DNA of 63,910 nt, filler included, from Neoconidiobolus thromboides FSU 785 (lineage: Eukaryota > Fungi > Entomophthoromycota), in assembly GCA_025603075.1 (NCBI GenBank). It is 6 parts of 6 records of this genome, joined end to end, with 100 filler letters (N's around TTAATTAATTAA, not from the genome) between each part and the next. Parts side by side here need not be neighbours in the genome. Positions count along the whole stretch, not along the records: positions 1 to 23,568 come from MU626525.1; 5 more parts are not named here. One strand, 5' to 3'. The stretch's first letter is position 1; each line of letters opens with the position of its first letter. The position numbers were made by a program, and so were the translations under genes. The notes under the pieces were generated by a model. That model was not told where the DNA came from and made no database searches. It saw nothing but the letters and a program-made list of their open reading frames with translations. Below are positions 1 to 13,612 of this stretch, piece by piece.

Positions 1-215
1 AAGCCTTGAATTATTGTGTTCTAAAATTTGTTTTATACTCTGAAAAGTATAAATATCAAAACAAGAAGATAATATTCTTTGAGATGAAGCTAGAAATTCT
101 CATAGCAAATCAAACTAAGAGCGTGAGATTGATTGTCTCTAAACTCAAGAATACAACGGCTTAGACGATTATTATGCTATAATTAACCATGGGGCTGACA
201 GAGCAATATTTTACA
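1..215 (-). mobile_element. Partial copy of ~465-bp LTR-like repeat (cut by window start)
   Basis: Reverse complement of the 55393-55857 and 56625-56852 repeat; ends TTTTACA at 215 (consensus TTTCACA). Confidence 0.7.
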
Positions 216-241
216 CTTTTCTATTTTTTCAAGTACTATTT

Positions 242-341
242 GAGAGTGTTTTTTTTGACTTCATTATTTTTTCCATTTTTTAAGCGCCATTTAAGCGGAA
301 AATTTGTTAGTCAAATTCTTAAACACAAAAATACATCCCCC
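242..341 (-). mobile_element. ~99-bp MITE copy
   Basis: GAGAGTGTTTT...ATACATCCCCC; flanks ATTT/ATAT. Confidence 0.9.
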
Positions 342-530
342 ATATTGTATATTTTTTTATGTTAGAGTAAAAAACAAAACCTATCACAAATCTATTTTTA
401 CCCCCGTATATAAGCATTTTTGAGCACTATTTTAATATATTTAAAATGTTTAATATTCATTTTGAATAAGAATAACCTATTATTTTTTTTCAAATGATGG
501 AAACCTTTTATTTTTCTTTGATAATAATAA

Positions 531-629
531 GGGGATGTATTTTCGTGTTTAAGAATTTTGCTAACAAATTTTCCGCTCAAATAGCGCTTAAAAGATGGAA
601 AAGTGACGAAGCCAAAAAAGACATCCCTC
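531..629 (+). mobile_element. ~99-bp MITE copy
   Basis: GGGGATGTATTTTCGTGTTTAAGAATTTT...GACATCCCTC. Confidence 0.9.
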
Positions 630-901
630 AAGTAATGAAATAAAAAAAAACTCTTATATATAAATCTCTATTGAGTATGAAAAAATATATCACTTTAATA
701 CAGAAGTTAACAAATATAATATAGTTTAATAAAACCATGTAACTGTTATACAAAATGACTTTCACAAAAATAAATAAATATTTAACGTTTGTTCAAGCAT
801 GGATTACAAACTATGACAAATATTACTAGAAAAATTACATATTGTTTAAAATCAAAAATCCATATATAAATAATAATATATCAATTTATTGTGCATAACA
901 A

Positions 902-1360
902 TTATAAAAACAATTCTGGTTCATTTAATAAATGAAGTATGGAACCCAAATTTTTATCAAAATATTGATTCCTTGTTAGATTATCCATATCTCGATTGTT
1001 ATCCGATAAACTATTATTATTATTAATAGCACTTGAATATTGATTTACCCTCACTTCGATATCCTTTGCTATTGCGCGACTTTCATAGTTATGTAAATTA
1101 TAACATTGATGCCCAAATTTACAACAATTATTTAAATAAAATTTACAAATTTTTTTACTCTTTATACTCTGATACTCTGGCTGAAAGTTATTCCCTTTCA
1201 TAAATTCATGATTATATATATTTATTCTAGATGTGCTTTCTGTTACTAAAGGATGTTTAAACCAACATTGATTACCATATTGACAGCTTCCTTTTTCTAA
1301 ATAGTACTTGCATATGTTAGGGTCCTTCTTTTGATTCAATTCTTGCTGTAGAAAGCTCAT
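902..1360 (-). CDS. Tandem CCCH zinc-finger protein (probable RNA-binding)
   Basis: CKYYLEKGSCQYGNQCWFKH and CKFYLNNCCKFGHQCYNLH; single 152-aa ORF. Confidence 0.8.
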   Translation of the reverse strand: MSFLQQELNQKKDPNICKYYLEKGSCQYGNQCWFKHPLVTESTSRINIYNHEFMKGNNFQPEYQSIKSKKICKFYLNNCCKFGHQCYNLHNYESRAIAKDIEVRVNQYSSAINNNNSLSDNNRDMDNLTRNQYFDKNLGSILHLLNEPELFL

Positions 1361-1738
1361 GTTTGAATAATTAAAATTATAAAGTTCTTAGTGTTCTCTT
1401 TTTATTATAATTGTATAATGGTATAAGCATTTTTAATCGTATTTATATTATCCAATAATTAATTTTAGTTTGTGAGCATGCTCTTTGATTTATTAAAAAT
1501 AAAAATTGAAAAATGCCATTGAAAATAAGACTGAATTTTGACATCTAATCTCAAACTAAATTTTTTAATAAAATTCATTTTATTCCAAAGAACAAATAAA
1601 AACTCTCCTTTCAACCATGAATTCTCAACTAAGAATCAGAATCATTCATTAACCTCCCATAAAAATTAATAACGTAATAAAATAAGCTCATCATTTGCGA
1701 TTTTTTTTAATTTTATAAATCTATCATTAAAATATAAA

Positions 1739-2777
1739 ATGTCCCGCTACGCTTTAAGATCTTTAACCAATTCCTTACGTCAGCTTAATGTCTCTAGTAA
1801 CAAAATGATGGTTACTAAATTTATGAGACCATCTATTATCAGCTGTAACAAAGCTTTCTCAACTTCATTAAATTTTAAATCAAGTTCTGGATTAGGTAAT
1901 TTCAATTAACTATTATTTATAAAGAAGATGGAGTGTATTAATAATAATTACTTTTATTTAGTTGATGCCGATTTATCTCATAAACTTAACGAAGAACTAA
2001 AATATGAGAAAGAAGAAGGAGATAGTGAAATTTCTGAAGAAATGAAAGCTTATATTGATAAAATGCCATTCAAAGTAAATTTGATTATTAGCTATTTAAA
2101 TAATTCAAATATTGATTAATTTTTAAAAGATTACTGATAAAAAAGGAGAAGACGAAATACATTTAACTCGCACTTTTGGTAATGAAACGTAAGTAAAAAT
2201 GTATTTTAATACTAGTAATTATTAATAAATATATCTAGTATCAACGTTATCTTCTCTATTAAGGATGTTGATGTTGCTGCTCCTGAACTTGATGCTGAAG
2301 AAGTAATTATAACTTATGTATTTTTGAATTTTATTGACTTATTTTTTATTTAGGGTGATGAAGAAAGTATCCCTAACCCACCAATTCATGCTACCATTGA
2401 TATTACTAAGGTAAAAAACCTATTACATTCTTTATAATTAGAATAGTGCTAATTAAATTTAGAGTGGTTCTGGAACCATTACCTTCAATACCGTTATTGA
2501 AGATGGTTATTTCAACATCGATTTAGTCACTTATTATAAAGACGATAAATTAGCCATTGAAGATGGAGCTGAAGCTGAATGGAAAAGACATGCTTTATAT
2601 GGTGGCCCAGTATTCAATGATCTTGAAGAAGATTTACAAATCTTATTTGAAAAATATTTAGAAGAAAGAGGTATTTCCACTGATCTTGCTTTATTTATTC
2701 CAAATTATATTCAATTCAAAGAACAAAAAGAATATATGAATTGGTTAGCTTCAGTTCATGATTTTGTCAAAGCTTAA
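1739..2777 (+). CDS. MAM33: Mitochondrial acidic matrix protein Mam33/C1QBP family, multi-exon
   Basis: ATG 1739 with basic, S/T-rich presequence. Exons give LSHKLNEELKYE and YGGPVFNDLEEDLQILFEKYLEERGISTDLALFIPNYIQFKEQKEYMNWL. GT-AG introns; TAA at 2777. Confidence 0.9.
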
Positions 2778-3512
2778 AAAAGAAAGGAGAAATAATAAAT
2801 AGAGCATATTGTGTAGAATTGACAGTCTTTTTGAATGTTTATGTATTTCTAATTTTTAATTTTTAATGATTTAACCCAATAACTTTACAATAACAATTTG
2901 TCCTTTTTTATATCCCTTTTAATTCTATTAATTCATTACCGGTATAATAATACAACAATTAACCAGATAAAGTATTTTCGAAATATTTTAATGTAAAAAA
3001 TGTAGTAATTTAATTAATCAGGGAGTTATTTTATTCAGGTTACTTTGATAGTAATAAATTTGAGTATTTTTATTAATATTGATCTATGGATTTATTAGAT
3101 GATAAAAGTTTTGTAATTTAACACTAGTTTTAATTACTTTAATAAATTTACATAGCCTATATTACTTAGAAACACTATATGCTTTTATATAACATTTAGT
3201 GTTTAGTAATACACTAAAAAATGTTCTATCAATAATTTAAAAATTTAAACAGCATAGAATCAGTGTTCTAATTGGTCATAACAGCATCATAATTTTCTTC
3301 AACAAATTCTCAGTTAATTATAAAGCCGTTAAGTTTTAAATGGCTGACTTTTATTTGCTGCATAAAATGGGTGGCAACTAAATAATTGACCAGTTTTGGA
3401 ACAAAACAAAATATCGATCTTGAGATTTTATCTTACGCTTTATTTTCTTTATTCAATAACTTATAATATATATAAAGAAGCATTTTAATTAAAAAAATAA
3501 CGTTCATTGACT

Positions 3513-6500
3513 ATGAAATCGTTATCTTATAGTACGGAAACATTGGAATCCGTGAGGGCTTTATATGATTACTTTTCATCCGATGAAGCTTCTTTATCGT
3601 TTAAAAAAGGGGAGATAATCAAAGTATTAACTGAACTAGAATCCGGTTGGTGTCAAGGTGAAAAAAATGGGGAAAAAGGATGGTTTCCAAAAAATTTTGT
3701 TGAAAGAATTGATATTGATGATAACCAACGAGCTAGTTTTATGCAAAAATTAAATGGCCAAAATAGTAAGCAGAGTTTAAACTCAATGGATAATGGACAG
3801 GTAAAATAAATTTAGTTTAATAAATTTAATGAATTTAATTTATTATTTAGTTTGATCGAACTAAAAATTGGATAGCTCAAACTATTAAAAGTGAAACTAA
3901 TAATGGATATGAAAAAAGTATTGATAGTATTGAAACTAGTAGTTTAGAGATTAGTAATAAACCACAACAACCTCCAATAGCAAATATTGAAGATTGGCAA
4001 CCTACATCGCCATTTCAGAAACCACTAGAGAATCTAGATATTAATAATACTAATAATAATAATTCAATTATTATAGATAAAATATTACCTAGGTTTTGTC
4101 CACCTGGAAATACATTATCTGAGATTAATTCTTTACCTTTAAATTGGTGTAAAAAAATGACCGCTAATAATAAAATTTATTATTTTAATATGCTAACGGA
4201 TGAGAGTACTTGGAAACTACCAAATATTAATTCAGAAAAAAAGAAGGTAAATAAAATAACGATATTAATATTAAAAAATTAGATTTAAGTTATTATTATA
4301 AATACTAATAACATTTTTTATGTTTTTTAGTTTGAAAAAAGATATTCGATGATGAGTGAACATTCTATTATATCTACATTATCTGATATTACATGGATTA
4401 AATTAATACCAGCTAAAGCCCATCAAACATTATTATATTCATCTGATTTAAATAATGATAATTTGAATTGGGATGGGATTATAAGTAATATAGTTTGTAA
4501 TGTACATAAATTAATTTATACTATAAAAATGCATTCCAAAACCAAGTATTTAAAGAATGCTTCATTAATCGTAGAATCTATTCGAATAATGCTGCTTACT
4601 TCTGGAACAGCAGAAAGTGATTCACCAATATTTAAATCTCATCAATTACTTAAAGGTTATCATCGGTTAATACTACTATCTTTATGTGATTTGGTTTTAA
4701 TGGCAAAAGTAGCTTCAGGTATATGGCCACCACCTGATATGCAAAAAAGATTAGAAAATGAAGCTATTAATATATTGATGTTATCTAGACTATTTGTACA
4801 AGTAGCACAACAAGTTTCTATTAGTTCTAAAATGAAAATAGTTATACCACCAGCTGATCAAACTTATTTACGTCAACAGACTCGCTCTGCTTCTCAAAAT
4901 ATTAATTATCAAATCCATAAAGTAAAGCATTCCAACTCCTCTTATACTAAAGACAGAAGAAATCCAATTAATAATTATAGTTATAATTATAATGAATCTC
5001 GTAGAAGTAGTCATCAAGATATTGAAAGTGAAATTGGCGGGGATCAAAGTCAACAATCAAATACAGAAATATTAAAAAAATTTAATTCAGCTGCACAAAC
5101 AACTTTTAATGCTATTGAAGTATTATCCGAATGTCTTGAAAAAAATAATGATATCAGCCAACAATTAATCAACTTAATTCGAAGAGTAGTTGAAGAAGTT
5201 GGACACTTTGTTAAATTATTAGATCAATTTTCATTAGATAATGTTAGTAGTGAACATGTTGCTATGTTTAATGCCTATCGACAAACTTTATTTGATAATA
5301 TTAATTTATTAGTATTGGTAACAAAAACAATTACTGAAAATTATTCAAAGAATGGAACTGGATCTACAGATCAAATATTAAATAATACAACACGAATTGA
5401 AAAATCAATAAATCATTTATTAATTGCAATTAAATTTGTTTTAGAAGAAAAAGATTTGAAAGAATATAATGAATTACGTCGTAAATTAAACATATTCTCA
5501 ACCATATTAAATAAATCAATAGAAAAACAGACATTAATTGAATTATCTCCACCAATAAGAAGATGTTTCTCCCATTCTTCATTAACTTCATCTATAAATT
5601 CTAATTCTTTTAATTCTCAAACTCAAAAATATCCCATGTATAGTAATGTTAATTTAAAGTATTCAGAAAATGGGTTTGTATCTGGTTCAGATGATGAAAC
5701 AAATGATTCAATAATTAATGGAAGTAATAATAAAGGAGGAGATAATATGTCGCGTATTAATACTCGTCCATCTGATAAACTCAAGAAATTATTAGGTAAA
5801 GAAGTGCCTTTAATGAATAAAGGTCATGGTCCAAAAGATAGTTTAAATAATAAATCAATGGAAGAAAAACCTTGGTTTTTAGGTCATGATTATACTCCAG
5901 ATATGTTAGTATTTGAGAAGAGTAAAGTTAGAGGCGGCACTGCTGAAGGTTTAGTAGAATGTTTAACATTTCATGATAATTTTGGTAACTATTATTTTTT
6001 AATTATCATATTTATGTAATATGTTAACTTATTTTATTTTATTTTAGATCCTAATTTTATGGCTACATTTATGTTAACCTATCGTTCATTTGTTTCAACT
6101 TCTGAATTGTTTCGATTAATATTTAAACGATTTAATTTACCACCCCCACATAATTTATCACAGCCAGAATATGAAATTTGGTTTGAGAAGAAATTAAAAG
6201 TAATTCGAGTAAGAATATTTAATATATTAAAAACATGGGTAGAAAATTATTTTCAAGAAAGTGAAGATATGGAAGCATTAGAGGAATTAAAACAATATGT
6301 ATCAACAATAATGAAAGATATATTACCTCAACAAGCTATTCAGTTATTGAAGCACATTGAAAAAAGATTAGATCCAAAAACAGCTGAATTTAAAAAAATG
6401 GTAAAAAAATCATTAGAAGAGCCAATACCAATATTACCAAAAAATTATGACTCCTTTTTAGATATGGAACCTTTAGAAATTGCAAGGCAATTAACATTAA

Positions 6501-7436
6501 TTGATTCTCAATTATTCAATTTAATTAAACCAAATGAATGTTTAAACAAAGCTTGGAGTAGAAATGATGGAACTGCACCAAATGTTAAAAAAATGATTAA
6601 AATGTCGACACAAATTAGTAATTGGGTAGCTTTAACTATCTTATTTGAAGATAGTATACGTACTAGAGGTTTATATATTAAACATTTTATTGCTATTGCT
6701 GTTGTAAGTTTATATCATTATTTTATATCATTATTTTATATTATTATATATCACTATTTTATATTATTATATATTATTGTTTTTATTACTATATATTATT
6801 ATTTTATAATATTATATTAATCTCATATTAATTTTATATTGACTTTATTTATTAGCAATGTATGATGTTGCATAATTTTAATACGTTAATGTCTTTAATT
6901 GCTGGATTAAATAGTTCACCTATTCACCGACTTAAAAGAACATGGGAGGTAATTAATAATATAATTAAAACATGATAAATAATAATCATAATGATAATTT
7001 AATATTAATATAGAATGTAAGTTTACGAGCCAAAACGGATTTGGATGAAATTAAAAGAATCATGAATACAGAACGTAATTTTGCAGTTTACAGAGAACAA
7101 TTACATTCCATCAATCCACCATGTGTACCCTTTTTAGGTGTTTATTTAACTGACTTAACTTTTATTGCAGATGGCAACCCAGATTATATAGCTGATACTA
7201 AATTATTTAATTTTTTTAAACAAAGTAAATCCGCTGATTTGATTCGAGAAATTCAACAATATCAAAACTCTACTTATTATTTAAAATCGGTACCCAAATT
7301 ACAAGAATATTTGTTAAGTAAGATGGATTATGTAGTTACCGAGGCACAGCTTTATGATAGGTCCGTAATTCTTGAACCTAAAGAAAGAGAAGAAGAAAAA
7401 ATTGCTAGACTTCTTCATGAATCTGGATTTCTTTAA
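3513..7436 (+). CDS. Cdc25/Sdc25-like Ras guanine nucleotide exchange factor (SH3, WW, REM, RasGEF), multi-exon
   Basis: SH3 ALYDY...WCQG...GWFPKNFV. WW domain LPLNW...IYYFNMLTDESTWKLP at ~4135-4220. REM VRGGTAEGLVECL and FMLTYRSF. RasGEF EIARQLTLID and PPCVPFLGVYLTDLTFI. Confidence 0.93.
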
Positions 7437-7576
7437 AGGAAAAGAAAATATAGTGGTCATGTATTGATGATCCCAATTTCTCTACTTTTAAAGTTTTTAG
7501 TTAATGGCAAAGAAAATAGGGAGTTTTATGAAATTATATTTTTTCAATAATATAGCATTTTATTTTTTTATCATAT

Positions 7577-7674
7577 GGAAGTGTTTTTTTCAGCTTCATT
7601 ATTTTTTCCATTTTTTAAGCACTATTTAGGCGGAAAATTTGTTAGTAAAATTCTTAAATACAAAATACATTCCC
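7577..7674 (-). mobile_element. ~99-bp MITE copy
   Basis: TSD ATAT/ATAT. Confidence 0.9.
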
Positions 7675-8241
7675 ATATCTTACTTTTATTTTAGATTTCA
7701 ATTCAATTAGTTTATTTAAAATTAATTGATTGTTTCATTAGCTTAAATTTATATTTAAATTAAAACGCAATGCACTTATTAAAAATCAAAGTTTATTTTA
7801 AAAAATATAAATAAGCTTATTATTTATTTATGAGGTTAATTTGTGGATGCATCAATTATAAAAAAGCTTCTATTAATTTGTTTTAAAGTTAAATTTAAGT
7901 TCGGATAGTTTTATAGTTATTTTAAATTATTTTTAATATAGATAAATTTATGCTGGGATTTTTTATTTATTATGATTGTATTTTGACTTTTAAAACTGCA
8001 TAAAAAACCCAGCATAAATATACCTCTATATCTATATTTTAACAATAGAAGTTACTATTTAATTTTATAATAGATAGTTTAAATTTAGTATTTTAAAACT
8101 AGTAAAAATTATATATTTAATTTTAATAAAATTTATAAAAAACACTATGTTATTCATTTCAAAATTTATTATTATAAAAAAAAAGAAAGTTTAAAATTCT
8201 TTTAACACAAAAGATTTTTAAAAACATCTGACTCCTATCAA

Positions 8242-11200
8242 CTACAGTAATTCTTCATCAATCAAAACAAAATGGGATTGACTTTGACTCCCTTCATTTC
8301 TGTTCTTAGAATCAGAACTATTAACCTGTCTAGTCCCTTGTGCTTCAAAATTATTATTACCTGAATGAGTAGGGAACATTTCTACCATTGTAGTATCTTC
8401 AAGAGGAGCATATTGGGTATTCCCTGTACCAAGTATACGATATTTAACTTGTAAATATTTCTCATACAAATATTTGGGAATGAAATGCCATTCTTCAGTA
8501 TTATGAGGATCTCTAATAAATGATTGGGTATTAAAATCAAATCTAGGTTTACGATATAATTTCAATAAAAGACTGGAACAAACAACACTGATACTAGATA
8601 ATGCCATAGCTGCTGAAGATACTACAGGTGGCATTCTTAATCCGATAGGTACAAATAAACCCATGGATAAAGGTATAGCAATTACATTGTATCCTACTGC
8701 CCACATAAAATTTAATCGAATACGCCAGAATATAGCTCTTGATAAATCAATCGCGGCTACTACATCCATTAAATCTGACTTCATTAATACAATATCGGCT
8801 GCTTCCATAGCTACATCCGTACCACCACCCATACTAATACCTACATCAGCATCCGCTAAAGCAGGTGAATCATTGATACCATCACCCACCATACATACAG
8901 AATAGCCATTGGCTTTCATTTGAGCTACTATTTTGGCTTTACCTGCAGGGGATACACCAGCATGAATTTCGTGAATATCACATTCTCTCGCTATGGCTTC
9001 CGCTGTTATCTTTTGATCTCCAGTTACCATGGCTATTTCTAATCCCATTTTACGTAAAGATCTAACAGCACTTAATGTTTCTGTTCTCAAGATATCTGAT
9101 AATGATATAAAACCAGCAAATTGATTATTAATACCAACTAAAATAACAGTATGGCCTAAACGTTCTTCACTCTCTTTTTCTTCATTAAAATCACTTGGTA
9201 TAATATATCCTTCTGCTAGTAGTAATTTAGAATTACCAACTACAATATCATAACTTAATTTTTCTCTTAATTGTACTTGGGCTTTAATCCCTTGCCCAGT
9301 AACTGAGGTAAAATTATTGACTTTAGTATCATGAGTAGGTAAACATAATACCTCCCTATAATTAGTAACAATAGCCCGCCCAAGCGGATGTTCACTACCT
9401 TCTTCAGCAGCTGCAACCAACAAAGAAAAATCTTCTTTAGTAATCATACTCTCCTTTAATATGCATTCTGAGCGTACTACCGATAATTTACCTGTAGTTA
9501 AGGTACCTGTTTTATCAAAGATAACTTTATTTAAGCCTTTAGCTGCTTCTAATGGATCACCACCTTTAATTAATACACCTAATTGAGCACCAATACCAGT
9601 ACCTGCCATAACGGCAGTAGGAGTAGCTAAACCCAATGCACAAGGACAAGAAACGACAATAACAGAGATAGCAAAAGTCAATGATGTCATTACTATCCCA
9701 TGGATTTCTAAATTTAATTGTGGGAAATCCTCTGGATATAAAGAAAGTATAATAAACCAGCCAATGAAGGTAACAATACCTAAGATCACTACCACTGGTA
9801 CAAAATAACGTGACACTTGATCTGAAAATTCTTGAATTGGGGCACGGCTTACTTGAGCATTTTCAACCAATTTAATAATTTGTGATAAAGTAGTTTCATC
9901 CCCTACACGTCCTGCTTTCATAATAAAAGAGCCTAATCCATTCACTGTACCTCCCATTACTTGAGAACCTTCCTTTTTAGTAACTGCTAGAGGTTCGCCA
10001 GTAACCATGGATTCATCTACATCCGAAGTACCACTAACTACTTCACCATCAGCAGGTATTTTATCACCAGGAAAAATCTTTAATAAATCACCACTTTGTA
10101 TAAGTTCACAGGGTATTTTTTGCTCTGAAGGTGGATCAAGTTTAACTAGAGTACATGTGGATGGGGTTAATGATAATAATTTTGATAAAGCAGTGGATGT
10201 TTTTGCCTTGGCTCTATTTTCTAAATACCTTCCTAAAGTAACAAAGGTAATCAAAGTAGCGGAGGTTTCAAAAAAACAAGTTGGTGGGGTAGGAGAGCCA
10301 TCATTGGATGTACACATATCAACAATAATTGATAATATTGAAAAAAAGAAAGCAGCTGAAGTACCAATAGCTATCAATACATCCATAGTGGTATTACCAT
10401 GTTTTAAAGCTTTATAAGAATTAATATAAAACATTCTACCCACGCCAAATTGAATAGGGATAGTAAGTACTAGTTGTAAAAAAATACCCACTGTAAAATT
10501 GCCAAGTAATAACTTTGTATCCAAGAGGGCTTTAAGTGGGGGGATATGAGAAAATACTTTAGAAATTAAAAATACTGGAGTAGCTAATAAAAGACACCAA
10601 TTTAGATGCTTACGCCACATTAAAATTTCTTTTGTTTTATTCAAAGATTCAATTTGCGCTGTAGAGGTTTTGGTTTCTAATATAGCATCAAACCCTAATG
10701 ATTTTATATGTTCAATAATTTCTCTAGGTCCAGTTAATGTCGAATCAAATTGAACAGAGGCTGATTCCATTGACAAATTAACTTTAATATCTAATATCCC
10801 TACTTTTTTGATTACTTCCCTTTCAATTAAACTAGTACATGATGAACATGTCATCCCATAAACACTTAAATTGATACTACCTTTAATTGATCTTTTAATG
10901 GCTTCTGCCGTAAATCCGAGGCCATTGATAATGGATACTATTTCAGCTTCAGTCATCGTTTTAGGATCATATTCAACATCGCCGCGTTGAGCCATCAAAG
11001 CCACAGTACAAGAAATAACCCCAGGACATGCTTTTAATGCCTTTTCAATACTAGAAGTACAAGAACTACATGTCATACCTTCAATCTTTATATTACTTAT
11101 ATCAAATTTAGATCTACTATTTGGCAATAGGGTGGAAGCAGAAGACATGGAAGGTGAAGCTTTCTCAGAGTTAATCATGTCTTTTGTACTTTTATCACTT

Positions 11201-12117
11201 GGAGCTAACCCCTTATTTTCAAAAGCATCAAATCCACAATCTTCAATACCATCCATTATTTGTTTTTTACTAATTTTAGAACTATCAAACTCTACAGTAG
11301 CTAACTCAGTACTCAAATCCACTTTAATTGTTTTTATACCTTCTAGATTACTAATTGATGCTTCTATGGATTTAACACAAGATTGACAAGTCATGCCTTT
11401 GACTAAAATTTCTATTATTTCAACAGAGAGTGTTGTTTTATCTAAAATAACATCAAACCCACAATCTTCAATCGATGTTATAATGTTTTCTAACTTACAA
11501 GGTGTTTTGAAACTACCTTCTACTTTATTTTGTTCAAGTGAAACTTCAACTTTAACCATACCTTCCATTGGTTCAAGTACTGCTTTAATAGACTTAACAC
11601 ATGATTGACAGGTCATACCTTCCACATTAAACTGGAATTGAGTTGTCTCATCTACATTGTTATTTGATTTAGAAGCACCAAATCCACAGTCTTCAATGGT
11701 TTGGATAAGTAACTCAACAGTACATGGTTCTTCAAATGTAATCTCGGCTTGATTTAACTCTAAAGAAACGTCCGCTTTGACCAAACTTTGGACCTCTTTT
11801 AAAGCCGAATTTATAGAGCTAACACAGGAGTGACAGGTCATACCATCGATTGAAATGATAACAACATTTTTTTTGGAAGCTTCAGCGCTAGAGGATACTA
11901 CTTCAAAACCACAGTCCTCAATAGTTTGCTTAATGGTTTCTAAAGTACATGGGGGTTCAAATTGGACACTCACTTGGTTTAATTCTAAGGACACTTCAAA
12001 GTCATTTAGACCAGTTATAGGTAATAAAGAGGTTGAAATTGACTTAACGCAAGACTGGCAAGTCATGCCATCCACGTTTAAAATGGTGGAACCGGTTTTG
12101 GGATTATTTGTTAACAT
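8242..12117 (-). CDS. CCC2: P1B-type copper-transporting ATPase (Ccc2/ATP7-like)
   Basis: Six GMTCxSC metal-binding domains, TGE, CPCALG, DKTGT and GDGIND motifs; uninterrupted 1291-aa ORF. Confidence 0.96.
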   Translation of the reverse strand: MLTNNPKTGSTILNVDGMTCQSCVKSISTSLLPITGLNDFEVSLELNQVSVQFEPPCTLETIKQTIEDCGFEVVSSSAEASKKNVVIISIDGMTCHSCVSSINSALKEVQSLVKADVSLELNQAEITFEEPCTVELLIQTIEDCGFGASKSNNNVDETTQFQFNVEGMTCQSCVKSIKAVLEPMEGMVKVEVSLEQNKVEGSFKTPCKLENIITSIEDCGFDVILDKTTLSVEIIEILVKGMTCQSCVKSIEASISNLEGIKTIKVDLSTELATVEFDSSKISKKQIMDGIEDCGFDAFENKGLAPSDKSTKDMINSEKASPSMSSASTLLPNSRSKFDISNIKIEGMTCSSCTSSIEKALKACPGVISCTVALMAQRGDVEYDPKTMTEAEIVSIINGLGFTAEAIKRSIKGSINLSVYGMTCSSCTSLIEREVIKKVGILDIKVNLSMESASVQFDSTLTGPREIIEHIKSLGFDAILETKTSTAQIESLNKTKEILMWRKHLNWCLLLATPVFLISKVFSHIPPLKALLDTKLLLGNFTVGIFLQLVLTIPIQFGVGRMFYINSYKALKHGNTTMDVLIAIGTSAAFFFSILSIIVDMCTSNDGSPTPPTCFFETSATLITFVTLGRYLENRAKAKTSTALSKLLSLTPSTCTLVKLDPPSEQKIPCELIQSGDLLKIFPGDKIPADGEVVSGTSDVDESMVTGEPLAVTKKEGSQVMGGTVNGLGSFIMKAGRVGDETTLSQIIKLVENAQVSRAPIQEFSDQVSRYFVPVVVILGIVTFIGWFIILSLYPEDFPQLNLEIHGIVMTSLTFAISVIVVSCPCALGLATPTAVMAGTGIGAQLGVLIKGGDPLEAAKGLNKVIFDKTGTLTTGKLSVVRSECILKESMITKEDFSLLVAAAEEGSEHPLGRAIVTNYREVLCLPTHDTKVNNFTSVTGQGIKAQVQLREKLSYDIVVGNSKLLLAEGYIIPSDFNEEKESEERLGHTVILVGINNQFAGFISLSDILRTETLSAVRSLRKMGLEIAMVTGDQKITAEAIARECDIHEIHAGVSPAGKAKIVAQMKANGYSVCMVGDGINDSPALADADVGISMGGGTDVAMEAADIVLMKSDLMDVVAAIDLSRAIFWRIRLNFMWAVGYNVIAIPLSMGLFVPIGLRMPPVVSSAAMALSSISVVCSSLLLKLYRKPRFDFNTQSFIRDPHNTEEWHFIPKYLYEKYLQVKYRILGTGNTQYAPLEDTTMVEMFPTHSGNNNFEAQGTRQVNSSDSKNRNEGSQSQSHFVLIDEELL

Positions 12118-13612
12118 TTTTATTTAGTTTCAATATTTCAAGGTAAAGATTGAGAAATAAGATTAATGTTAATATTTATCTGATGGAATTTGTTGTATTT
12201 TAATATTAAAATAATTGATAATAAAATATACTTTAAAAGCCAGCTTTTGTGTTTTTAAAATTGCAATTATAAAAAAATAAGTAAAAGATAAAAGCAGTTG
12301 CTGGTTTTATTAGGCTAATTTATTAACTTTAATGATTGGTTAAGGTTGAAATTTACTTGAATTTATTTGTGGCTTCTTTAATGGTTGTTAAAATTAATTC
12401 TATTAATAAATCTGATAAGTTGAAAGGTTATTAAAAGTAATTTAATAATGCGTTAGTTAAGCCGTTAGTAGTGAAAAATCTATATTATTTATCGGCTTTA
12501 TTTAAAAAGATATATCAACCCGAGTTGAATAGAAGTAGAATGGAAGATTCTTTATTATTCCTTAACTCATTTATAAATGGAGGAGAGAATAAACTTGGTG
12601 CTATTGTTGTTGAAGCTTTATTTAGTATTATTTTAACCCTATTTTTAGGAATAGAATGCTTTGGGCTAAAAGTTGTGGAGAAGTAGAAATCATATAGAAA
12701 ATATTATATTATTATTGCTATAAATCTAATATTTTATTTTTAATTACTGATTTTATTGATACAAAGTTCCATTTTAATATTAACTTTATCCTTTGATGTT
12801 ATTTCTAATCAAGAACTAATTATCAATTATTTGATGACATTATAATCATATATTTTCCTCAAGTTAATTTAATTAATTTATAAAATATGAAAATTATTGA
12901 TTTGATTGATTTTTAATAATTTAAAAACTAGTAAAAGTGTTCAAGCTATAAATAGATAACACTTATTGTTCATTTATAGTGATAAAAGTTTCAAATATGA
13001 GTCTTTTGAAATTAATAATATAAAATGGTAAAAATAGACATTGAAACTAAGCTATAATAGCTCATGATATTAAATTGCCTTTTTTATTGTTTTATGTGCT
13101 TTGCTTTAATATGTGATAATAACTGATCCTTTTGTTAAATATCATTAATGATAGAAACCACTAAGTAAACTACAATAAACTCTGTAATAAGATATCAAAT
13201 ATCAGAACAATTAGCTCTGAAGTAAAACATCAACTACTAGGGCAATAGTGTTATAAACGATACTTTCGAAATTAACAACTTTGGAATTTCACTCAAATAA
13301 GGTTAAGTTATTGAGAATGTCATTGTAAGTGATCCAAAAGACCAAAGTTTGTCAAATCAAGCTTTGCAATGTAAACAAAGAAACTCTATTGATTGGAAGT
13401 ATTTATACTTTTTGAAAAAATGAGACAAAGAATTGACCATTTTTATTGTTGAAGCTTAAAGAAGTGAAAAGAAAAGTTCTAAATAAATAGTGATGTAAAT
13501 CCAGTTAAAATCATAATAAGGGGGAACAAAAAATTTAAATCTTAACTTCGAAGATATTTTTTGTAGCTTTGATTTTTATATTGAGTTTGTACATGAAATA
13601 AATATATATAAC

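Noticed and set aside
398-631. Short ORFs 398-631, 23015-23209, 25580-25837 and 34711-34896
   Set aside because: They are largely translations of MITE sequence plus AT-rich flank.
8663-12127. Plus-strand ORFs inside the Cu-ATPase gene (similar shadows occur in RasGEF, GCD6, expansin-like, C2H2 and INO1 genes)
   Set aside because: Antisense or alternate-frame shadows of real genes with no motifs.
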